Positions 1 to 9,257 of a stretch of 32,000 nucleotides of DNA are shown here, piece after piece. Under the pieces are notes generated by a model that saw only the letters and a list, made by a program, of their open reading frames with translations, was not told the DNA's origin and did no database searches. Made by a program: the position numbers and the translations under genes. This DNA is from Wallemia ichthyophaga EXF-994. Its lineage: Eukaryota; Fungi; Basidiomycota. The stretch spans positions 296,107-328,106 of the forward strand of contig NW_008806279.1 of NCBI RefSeq assembly GCF_000400465.1, read 5' to 3'. Positions within the stretch are counted from its first letter, which is position 1; each line of letters begins with the position of its first letter.

Positions 1-14
1 CCCAAGCGTTTAGT

Positions 15-236
15 ATGAACGTTACTCAACCTAGGAATGGTGTACCCGTTGACCCAACTGATAACGGGCCACCACTGCTCAATCCAGATGGAAGTGAACC
101 TAAACTTGTAGCATTTGGACTGGTAGTTGTAGGATTGGTTTGCGTGTTCTGGTTTATTGCTTTGCTTGTCTGGTATTGGATCATACAAGCGAGAAAGCAA
201 GGTAACGATCGTCGCCGTAGACGTATTGGAGAGTAA
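15..236 (+). CDS. Candidate single-pass membrane microprotein (73 aa); could instead be the last exon of a gene starting left of the window
   Basis: One hydrophobic stretch (LVAFGLVVVGLVCVFWFIALLVWYWII) followed by a basic cluster (RK..RRRRR); N-terminal NVT sequon; A/T-rich terminator-like sequence follows. No recognised family. Confidence 0.5.
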   Translation: MNVTQPRNGVPVDPTDNGPPLLNPDGSEPKLVAFGLVVVGLVCVFWFIALLVWYWIIQARKQGNDRRRRRIGE

Positions 237-358
237 ATAGCTTTAACTTTTATCTATTTCCATGGATTGGATATTGCATTATACTAGATCAACAGCTTGG
301 AAATAGATATGCTAAACAGACAAACAAATCATAATAATAAATAAAACTCTTACAATAA

Positions 359-1833
359 TTAAACTATTTCGTTGACTCTAGCAAGACCTTCCTGATCAAA
401 GTGCTGAGGAACACTTTCACTAGAATTTTGCCTTTGGAAACGTTTCTTCTTTTCTCTCTCTACAGCCATCGAGGCTTGCATTTTGTGACCAGGAGGATTG
501 GTTGGATTGTAGTCGAGATGAACAAAGCCGCGTTCTATGCCTTCTAAAGATTCGATTACATACTGAATAGTTTCACCCCAATCGTGAGCAACAGGTAGAG
601 AAACACTCGGTGGGAGAACTACGTCAACTTCAACTATGACATTGTCACCAACGTGATAGCATTCAATGTAGCTGACAGATTGCACAGGAGTGAAACGTGT
701 GACACAGTAAAGAACTTTTGAGAGTTCCACTGGATCTGCAACCCTACCACTAAGTCTGCTGAAATTATCAATGAGAGTTCCTGTCCACTCAATGATAATC
801 TAGTATTGTTAGCATGATGACGAAATGTTCTGGTTGTACAATTCAACTCACATATAATGAGAGAATAATACCACCGATTGGATCGAGTTGGGGTATATTT
901 AACACTTGACCCATGTAAGGAAAACTAAGAGAAATAATGTTAAAGACAACATCGTTCAAGCTGTCTTGAGCTATGGCTTGTACGCCGGAGGATTTAATCT
1001 TGAAGCAGAAAACCCAGATGAAGGCTTTAACAATGACGGTGATCACCATGCTGAGTATACCAGCAAGAGGAAGCAAAGTAGTTATGGGTATGTGTTGTAG
1101 TCTGGATATAGACTCGAACAGGACTTGAAGGAAAGAGCCAATCATGAACACACTGAAAATGATAACGCCAAGTGGTTCGAAACGCTGCTTTCCAACAGGG
1201 TACTTAAATCTAGTACTGTCATCCCTATGACCTGCACAAAGAGTTGTACCGTATATGATCAAACTTGATAACAAGTCAAGTACGGATTCCACCAATGACG
1301 CAAATAATGAGACACTGTCAGAAAGGAGGACAGCGGCACCTTTCGCACCAAGTAGGAGGATGTTAATGATTAAATTAACTTTATCGTATTAGAATAGGTG
1401 GCTAAATCGGTATCACTCACCGTTCAAAACGACATTCACGGTTTTATTGTGGTTCTTCTCATTTTGTTCACTGGGGAAGTGCAGTAAAGGAGTCTGCTCA
1501 TCACCAGCTGCTATACCGCGCAGTCTAGCCAGTACATCGTGTGGGTAGCTCGACTCAAGTAAGTCATCGACAGAAGCGTAAGCATCGAGAATTTCATTTT
1601 GTTTTTGATAAAAACTTTTTATCTGATGTGTAACAGTTATATAATTATCACGATAATGGCACTAGACTGACTTTCTTGGGCATTTTCTTCAGATCGCGTT
1701 CGGACTTTCTAGCGAACTCAAACTGACGAAGGATGGGAGAAATGATTCTGTGTACATTATGGACATTGTGCTGATGAACAGTTCTACGCCGCTCAGAAAA
1801 TGGTGACGAAGGCCTTGAACTTGACCTGGACAT
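359..1833 (-). CDS. Cation diffusion facilitator (CDF/MTP, Mn-type) metal transporter; exons 1833-1672, 1622-1421, 1378-852, 799-359
   Basis: Spliced frame gives KK|IKSFYQKQNEILDAY, ASLVESVLDL (TM2), YPVGKQRFEPLG, AQDSLNDVVFN (TM5), HVGDNVIVEVDVVLP..AHDWGE..IERGFVHLDY. Introns of 49, 42 and 52 nt with GT-AG ends keep frame. Confidence 0.92.
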
Positions 1834-1860
1834 TGATGGACAGGAGAAACAAGATTAATT

Positions 1861-2625
1861 TCACTTTTGGAACCAAAAATTTACACTGAAAGAATCTGAT
1901 AGAGATTTAAACGAGTGGTAGTAGCCAGGTGGTATGTACACAGCATCGCCTGGATTCAATACACCGCTTTCAACTTGAATTGGGAGATGCGCATTGGGCA
2001 ATTCATCTAGAAATCTGCTAAAATTGCGCATTGGGGAGTTATCTGGGTGTAAATTAAGTTTGTCAGCGTAAATTGGATCGATCACATTGACCCTTTTTGA
2101 GCCGGTAACCTGAAGGAGGAGATTGCCTTCGGTTGTTGCGTCCCTATGGATTGGAGTGAGGGTAGATTGAGGACCAAGCCAGCTGCTGGATTTGGGTTTT
2201 AACCGGTGTAGCTCAGGGATCATCGGAAACATCCGCTGAAGATACGGACTAGCGGCGATGAGATCAAATTGAGCTAGATAACCAATCTTAGGCTTTAATT
2301 GTTGCTGATTTTGTATAAAGAGCTTAATGAATAAATCTAATGTAATTTCGTTTAGATATTTAGGGTACTGATATGGCACTAACTCACTCAACGGAATCTC
2401 GTGCCGAGAGTCAGCAGATAACGGGAATCCAGGCTGCTGAATTTCAATGGGTACTGTAATGTTTGCAGTGTGCTCATCTCGTGTGAGTATATCAAAATCC
2501 GCTTCAATAGCTCTGCTGATATTGAGCCACGGCTGGGTGAATAAACCGCTAACGAAGCAAGAATTGAATGGAATGCATTTAAAGAACTCATCAGCTGATT
2601 TTACTGGTAGCGAATTTAATTTCAT
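1861..2625 (-). CDS. JmjC/cupin-8 2-oxoglutarate Fe(II) oxygenase (JMJD5/KDM8-like); probable 51-nt intron at 2337-2387
   Basis: GYLAQFDL, WLGPQSTLTPIHRD (HxD), LLLQVTGSKRV, LNPGDAVYIPPGYYH (distal His) and SFSVNFWF match the JmjC consensus. Confidence 0.9.
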   Translation of the reverse strand: MKLNSLPVKSADEFFKCIPFNSCFVSGLFTQPWLNISRAIEADFDILTRDEHTANITVPIEIQQPGFPLSADSRHEIPLSELVPYQYPKYLNEITLDLFIKLFIQNQQQLKPKIGYLAQFDLIAASPYLQRMFPMIPELHRLKPKSSSWLGPQSTLTPIHRDATTEGNLLLQVTGSKRVNVIDPIYADKLNLHPDNSPMRNFSRFLDELPNAHLPIQVESGVLNPGDAVYIPPGYYHSFKSLSDSFSVNFWFQK

Positions 2626-2742
2626 TTCGTTGATTGCTTAACTCAATCAAAGGGTGCCTTGCAGATCGCCCAATTAAAATGACTGCCTTCTTGAATAATT
2701 AACTCAATTCCGAACAGCGAACATCAAATATACAAACTTCAA

Positions 2743-4661
2743 ATGGAATTACCTTCAATAAACAGCTCTACTTTCACTCATCTACGACTCTTTCAACCAA
2801 AGTCTGAGTCTTATCAGCAGCCTTCACCGGCAGTACCCCAGCAGACCCCTGCAACAGCCACCGCAACCCGCAGCCACCAATCTCATACAAGGAAGGATGG
2901 CAATGAATCTGGTGGTAGATTCCCCGACAAGCTCTTTCAGTACGTTCAACTCACATGCTGTGTTGTCAACTAACCAATATCGCAGCCTTTTAGAGAATCC
3001 TGATTTACACAATGTTATTGCGTGGTCGGAAGATGGCAAATTCGTCCTTATCCATGATGTGAGTCTCTCTTTTCGGCTTCTGAGAAGATTCCCGCCTCCA
3101 CCGGGATCTAGCGCACGCGTCTTCCTCCCAAATCCGGGTTCTCTCGGTTTATGCCACAAAAAAATACAATTTACTTACTTTACCCTTACAGCCTGCTGAG
3201 GTTAGTCGAGATCTCAATTTATGCATGCATCACGCCTTTGCGGCGTCACATCACGTCACGGGTCTTTGTACCTCAGTGATGTGATGGCGTGAATGTGTGT
3301 ATAAATATTCAACTAATACTAATATTTATTCAGCTGGAGAAGGTTATGGGAACTATGTGGAGATCTTCGGCTTACCCAACTTTCCAACGTCAGATGAACG
3401 TGAGTTCGGAACTATTCATAGAATTATAACTAAACTATAAACTTAGATTTATGGATTCTCACGTACTTCAACTGTAAGACGCAATAAACCTGGTCAAGCT
3501 AATCGCATGATGCCTTCTACCTGGTCTCATCCGACTATCTCCCGTGGTTCAACTGCAGATGATCTCGCCAAGATTGAAAGGAACGCACCGCGTAGAGACC
3601 GTAAATCTAAGAAGAGCGATTACAGCAAGTCGTACGATGATGAAGATGATGAGTCAATTAAGCAGAAATCTCGTAACTCAACTACGCTCACTCCCGCCCT
3701 CAATAACGTCTCGCTCCCTGCGTTGGAATCGGAGTTGCCTCATGAATCTCGCAAGCACTTGCACAATGATGAAGAGGAGCACCCACCTGCTAAACGTGCA
3801 AGAAGACCTTCAGCTACACTCTCGAGAAGTGCACCTTCAGCACCTGCAATGTCACGCAATTTATCAATTACATCTCAATCTAACAGCATCGGTTTACGCA
3901 GCTCAAGAAGACTCGCCTCGTCGTTACCACGCGACAATAAGATACAGATGAACAACTCTTTTACTCAAATGCGCTCACCAAATAAGTCAGACGTGTTTAG
4001 TGACGATGAACCTGAAATGGCAGTCTTACTTCCTCAAATTGAGGATGAAGAGGATGAAGATAATGTTGAGCATTTCAAAAATAATGACTCAGCATCCGGA
4101 GAAGAGCTTTCAAGTGATGAAAGCGAAGATGAGGACGACGCAACACCAGCTACAAGCTCTTCTTTAGGATTAAGAACATCATTCGGTACGAACGCGTCAA
4201 AGGCATCGAACACTTCAATGGATATACTCGCAGCTGCAGCTTCAATAAGAAACCCAGTCCCAACTGTCAACCGTCGTTCATCCAACTTTTTATCAATGAA
4301 CCCAATCGGGATTGATGCGAGGAAGCAGTTCAATAATCTCAACGAACAAGACCCATCTTCATTTGATTCAGACTCCTCCATCTTCAATCACCGCAGATCA
4401 TCATACAAGGATTCATTCTTACGCTCTCAACCAAACCCTATCTCTATACCAAATCTGACTGATAATCCAGTCGGAGATTCAAGTGATGGTGAGAGCTTTG
4501 ATGAGGAAACTCTTATCACTCCACCTAGTGTCGCAGCCGCTAACTATCGTCCACCAACATTGGATACACTTAACAATGTAGCTGCGATAAATGCTAAGAA
4601 GGAAGGTGAAAAGACACGCAAGCTTTCCTTCTTGCCTACATTTAGTTTCTTCAAACCATAA
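2743..4661 (+). CDS. HSF-type DNA-binding transcription factor (~519 aa); exons 2743-2939, 2986-3058, 3192-3200, 3334-3399, 3447-4661
   Basis: Spliced product RFPDKLFHLLENPDLHNVIAWSEDGKFVLIHD-PAE-LEKVMGTMWRSSAYPTFQRQMN-IYGFSR...WSHPTISRG aligns to the HSF winged helix (FPxKL, IxWsxdG, SFxRQLNxYGF, F/WxHP). The remainder is a long Ser/acidic disordered tail. Confidence 0.88.
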
Positions 4662-4869
4662 CAAACAGAAGTGGTTGATTCACTCTTTTTCTTCTTCAAT
4701 CAGGCAGTTTACCCTTCTTTCAATCTTTATGACCACGTGTACAATAGCACGACAAACCTTTTTTTTTTCCTTTCATGCTTTCACAGTAAGATATAGCTAG
4801 AATCCTTGAACGGACAGTAAGTTAAGCAAGCAATCAAGGATGTTTTATCCAGAACTCAAGCACGAATTA

Positions 4870-4883
4870 ACACACACACACAC
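4870..4883. repeat. (AC)7 microsatellite between the HSF and Med13 3' ends
   Basis: acacacacacacac read directly. Confidence 0.8.
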
Positions 4884-5109
4884 GCATCATTTCAATTATA
4901 TAATTGAGATCCATTCCTCTCATTGACATGACTTTACCTCAATCAACAATTAGCAGTAAGTTTCTCTGTCAAATCCGATATCATTTGGGATTTTCTGATT
5001 TTGTGTTGTAATACAAATTTTGTACTTTCTTTTTGAGCTCTCATTTATGTCTTTATATTCAAATTAATGTGAATGCTGTTATACACGAGGTTAATATTAC
5101 ATATATCCA

Positions 5110-7149
5110 TCAATCAGAAATTTCTGATTGAGAGATGCTGAACAACTTATGCAGATGAAAAGGTAAGTGGAATCGTTGCGCCGGATGGGTTTTGTGTTTC
5201 GTAATAAACGTTAAGTTATGCAGTGATTGAATGTATGATTCAAAGTCGGCAACATTGCTGAGTGATGCGTCTGGATTGTTCTTTGTTGATGCTGAGGTAA
5301 TCTCCTTTACCTTTAATACTCTGTTTTCTCCGATACCAATTGTACAATATCTTGCGTCGTGTTCCGTTCCATACTCGGTTTTTTTACTATGCCTTCCTTC
5401 AAGTATGTCATAAGTGTAAGAGTGTAGCATTTCACCTGGTTTGTTCAATCCCCATTCTGTATACTTATCAGTCACTTTAATAAAGTTACTAATGAAGAAC
5501 CCACCCTCAACCTCATCACTCGATATATCTGGTGAAGTGACTAAACGCAAGCTCCATTTTATTGATGACTGTAGCTCGAATGTTTTCCAGTAGCTATAGA
5601 TTGTTTCTCCCATAGTGTGCTCGCTTCTGCGTAGTATCTGTACGTCACTGAAGTGGGCGTACTCATCAATGGCTGCAACTAAAACGGTATCTTCAAAGCA
5701 ATGATATGCAATATGTAACTTTCTTGCATTGTTAAATGCACTCGACTTGTCATCTGTTATATCTATCTGCTCTTGCGGGATTACGTTCCTGGCTACAGTG
5801 AATGCAGGAAATTCAAAATTCACTGCAATTTCATTACTTTCGTGATTCCCAGAAGTCCATTTTTGCACAGGTAGGGATATTTTTTCGTAAATCCTAATTG
5901 CGAATGATCGCGCACAGTCACGTGATTTAATTATATCCTTTATCTTCTCTTCGTCTAGCACTTGATAGACTTCATCTACTAGTGCTGCTTGTGTTGCGCG
6001 TGAAAGATGTAGAGAGCTTTGAAAATTCCTCGCTATATCCAATCTGACGACATAGAAGCCAGTTGGAACGATTTCCTTTCTAAGCTTTTCACTATCAATT
6101 ATTCGTGTTCTACCCAAGTTGCAAAATGCGTATATATCGCAAAATGCTTGACTAAACTCATGTAGTAGCTTTGTATCTATTTCCGTTGATGTGTTAGTCG
6201 ATAGCGCTATCATTATGTCTTTACGACCTCCGAATGGAGCGAATCCAGCTTTCTCCCAATAGCTTATTCCTACAGGAGCTGTATGAATGACTTGGTCATC
6301 GTATCCTAACGCGAACTTTGGTGGTATAAGGTCTTTTGATGAGACATCTCCAGGGATATATTTACGGGCAGGCAGATTCTCAAGAGTACTCCAACGACAC
6401 TCTGAGATTGCTAGCCTAGCTTCTATGCTGTATTCATTCGTGTTACTTTCAAATACCATGTCTGATCCCCGACTATCCCGAGTACCTCGACTACCATTGG
6501 AATGTAGTTTTAGCGGTAATGAAGGGAATTGATTCGTGTCAAACTGAAATTCCTCATCGGAAGAATTGTAGACAGGTTCGTCGTCGAATTCTTCTTCTGT
6601 AGAAGACGGAGAAGCAGATGGATTGCGTTTGATAAGCTTCCGTCGAGTGTCCTTCTTCTCCTTGTTGCGCTTTTCTAGATGCGGCCTGGATAGGGATTCA
6701 TACCAAAGCGGAGGAAAGCTTGCTGCGGGAAGCATGCCTTCCTCGACGGCATACTTGCCGTGATTACTGTAATTGACTAAGCGTGTCGGCCTATTAAATG
6801 CAAGTCGCTGAAATCCATTAGGAATCACACTGTTGGTTGGCTGTAGACTGAAATTATCCAAGCTGTGATCGATGAATGAGTAATTGAGGGTGGGTGTAGC
6901 GGGGGTGAACGGTGTGATTGGTGTTTGCTGTGTAGTTGCAGTTTTTGGAGATTCGTCGAAGAAATCAAAGTCGTCGTCGTTGATCATTCCATTATCGTCG
7001 ACTAACATACTCCAATCCTGGTCCTCATCGTCCTTGTTACTGGCTTTGTAAAAGGGAACGCTATCTGGCTGTTCTGCCACTTCTTGCTTCACGCTCAAAG
7101 ATTGCAGTTTTTCCACATATTTTAGACTCTCCTCCAGAGCTGACTGCAT
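5110..7149 (-). CDS. MED13: Mediator CDK8-module subunit Med13, short form; probable 48-nt intron at 5457-5504
   Basis: INDDDFDFFD (TEDDFxFFD-like motif), PVGISYWEKAGFAPFGGRKDI (MID-domain alxFWExxGxxP..gpKd), FCDIYAFCNLG, and C-terminal YIQSLHNLTFI...LPFHL. Confidence 0.8.
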   Translation of the reverse strand: MQSALEESLKYVEKLQSLSVKQEVAEQPDSVPFYKASNKDDEDQDWSMLVDDNGMINDDDFDFFDESPKTATTQQTPITPFTPATPTLNYSFIDHSLDNFSLQPTNSVIPNGFQRLAFNRPTRLVNYSNHGKYAVEEGMLPAASFPPLWYESLSRPHLEKRNKEKKDTRRKLIKRNPSASPSSTEEEFDDEPVYNSSDEEFQFDTNQFPSLPLKLHSNGSRGTRDSRGSDMVFESNTNEYSIEARLAISECRWSTLENLPARKYIPGDVSSKDLIPPKFALGYDDQVIHTAPVGISYWEKAGFAPFGGRKDIMIALSTNTSTEIDTKLLHEFSQAFCDIYAFCNLGRTRIIDSEKLRKEIVPTGFYVVRLDIARNFQSSLHLSRATQAALVDEVYQVLDEEKIKDIIKSRDCARSFAIRIYEKISLPVQKWTSGNHESNEIAVNFEFPAFTVARNVIPQEQIDITDDKSSAFNNARKLHIAYHCFEDTVLVAAIDEYAHFSDVQILRRSEHTMGETIYSYWKTFELQSSIKWSLRLVTSPDISSDEVEGGFFISNFIKVTDKYTEWGLNKPGEMLHSYTYDILEGRHSKKTEYGTEHDARYCTIGIGENRVLKVKEITSASTKNNPDASLSNVADFESYIQSLHNLTFITKHKTHPAQRFHLPFHLHKLFSISQSEISD

Positions 7150-7667
7150 TTGGGTGCGCTTAACCGGGCGGCTTTGTGGTGATCGTTGGTGTGAGAGATA
7201 TCAAAGATGATCAAAGGGATTAAACCGCGTATCTATCTAAAGCACATATTATGTTCTACAAATGGGCCTTATATTCCTGCGCATGATTGCCTCAGCTCGT
7301 GCAGCTGTCAATCTACTCCTCCTTAAATTCAATCGATTCATAGTGATTCTATAGAGGCGGACGAGCTCTTATATGAATACATCTATAAGAGTACGCGTAG
7401 ACGATTGGTTGCTCGATCTAACTTAAGCAATTGACACATTCTCGACTGACATGGAAAATTCCATTTGAAGCTCAAGCAGCTGCCAGTGAACTCCAAACAG
7501 CAGATATTGCTACTTTACATTGATGTATCAATTTATCAAGCTCACCATGCCCAGGTTCCGAACTCATCAGGGCGCCGGCGGATGAGTTTCAGGACAAATT
7601 GCTGACAGGAATGCACAGACGTCTACGTCCTCCGGTTCTCGCAGCTGCAGGTCTAGAATCCGACGTA

Positions 7668-7673
7668 TAAATT
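7668..7673 (+). promoter_or_regulatory. TATA box of the secreted repeat-protein gene
   Basis: TATAAA about 90 nt upstream of the ATG at 7761, followed by a pyrimidine-rich leader. Confidence 0.5.
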
Positions 7674-7760
7674 GGTCGCATCTACACTTGGTTCTTTTCA
7701 ATCACCCATCCAGCTCAACGTAACTTTCAACTATCCACACTCGTTTACAAGTCACTCATT

Positions 7761-9057
7761 ATGAAACTCTCTATGATCCTCTTGGCAGGCTCGGCTACTG
7801 CTGCTCTTGCCCGGGACTCTCTCTTTAAGCGTGGTCAATCTCTTGAGGTGAGACATGAATGTCTTGGTAGTCAGTCTGCTCACATTCACCCAGCACGCTG
7901 TTCGCCAATCACCAGAGCTCGCTGCTCAGATGATCAGACGTCACTACGACGATCAAGGAAACCCTCTCTGTAAATGTCCAAGTGACCACCAAGACCAAGG
8001 CTCACACGATGGATCAAAGACGTGGTGGGGCCATAACGGCACCCACGGTGATCATGGTGGTGAAAAAAGCGAGGAAGACTGCGATGATACCAATCCTGCA
8101 CCTTCAAAGCCAGATAAACATGGCGATCACGGTGGCCATGGTGGTGGCCATGGCGGTGACAAAGGCGAGGAAGACTGCGATGATACCAATCCTGCGCCTT
8201 CAAAGCCAGATGAACATGGCGATCACAGTGGCCATAACGATGACAAAGGCGGACATGGTGGCCATGAGGATGAAAAAGGCGGTGATAAAAGCGAAGAGGA
8301 CTGCGACGAAACCACTCCTGCACCTCAGCCAACTAAGGCACCAGCACCAGCACCATCTCCAAAACCATCTGACAATGGTAACGGCAATGATAAGAAAGAC
8401 GAAGAAGACTGCGATGAAACCACCACCCCATCGCCTCAACCAACTAATACTCCAGCACCAGCACCAGCACCATCACCAAAGCCAAAAGACAACGCAAGTG
8501 AAGACTGTGATGAAACAACAACACCACCACCACCGCCATCAACTTCAACGACACCACCACCATCAACTACCCCAGCTACGCAAAACAGCTCTAAACCAGT
8601 AGTCACATTCACTAACTCAGGTAAAGTGACTTCTGCCGCGGTGTCTGGGACACCTACTAGTGGAAAAGACGATGGAAACTGTGGTGACTCAACTGCTCTC
8701 ATTGATCTTGACACTGGTCTCAACATTGGTGACGGATCACTTTTGGATGTCGGTGCATGTGCACATGTTGGTCACCTCCTCAACCTCGGTGCAGGAATCA
8801 AGCTTGGTAAGCGTCATGCTATCGTTCGCAACGAGTACATCAAGACATTTAAGCGTGACGATCTCGTTGATGCCGACCTCGACGCTAGCGTATTGAGCGG
8901 TGGCAACAACAAGCGCAATGTCATTGATGTTGATGCTCTCGTCAAAATACTAAGCAGTGACCAGCAAAAGCGCGACGAAAGTGGAATCAAAATCTTCAGT
9001 CGCAATAGCCACAAAAACCACCATCACAAGATGCGTCGCGTTCGCAACCTTGCCTGA
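7761..9057 (+). CDS. Secreted repeat-rich protein (~416 aa) with signal peptide and several KR (Kex2) sites; exons 7761-7847, 7894-9057
   Basis: MKLSMILLAGSATAALA signal peptide; 46-nt GTGAGA..GCTCAC..CCAG intron keeps frame; five EDCD(D/E) repeats, His/Gly and Pro/Thr tracts; KR at LFKR, LGKR, TFKR, NNKR, QQKR. Confidence 0.85.
8071..8235 (+). repeat. Internal tandem duplication, 96-nt period, in the secreted protein gene
   Basis: gaggaagactgcgatgataccaatcctgc(a/g)ccttcaaagccagat(a/g)aacatggcgatcac(g/a)gtggccat at 8071 and 8167; more diverged copies follow. Confidence 0.9.
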
Positions 9058-9176
9058 ACTAAATGATTGATGGATCAAACGGACTCTAGCCTTCTCTTGG
9101 ATTTTTTTTAAAAACAACCTAGGAACACTATCTCATAAAGGACTTTTCTTATATCCTGGAATCCTAAACGGACACT

Positions 9177-9192
9177 TATATATATATATATA
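9177..9192. repeat. (TA)8 microsatellite in the convergent 3' region
   Basis: Read directly; may act as a 3'-end efficiency element (inference). Confidence 0.8.
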
Positions 9193-9257
9193 TTTCATTG
9201 GTTTCTAACTAAGTGATAAGAAGTTTGAAATGAATGAGCTTAGAACAAATTGAAAGT

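Noticed and set aside
7548-7575. tRNA T-arm-like GGTTCCGAAC flanked by GCCC/GGGC
   Set aside because: No cloverleaf, D-arm or anticodon arm can be built.
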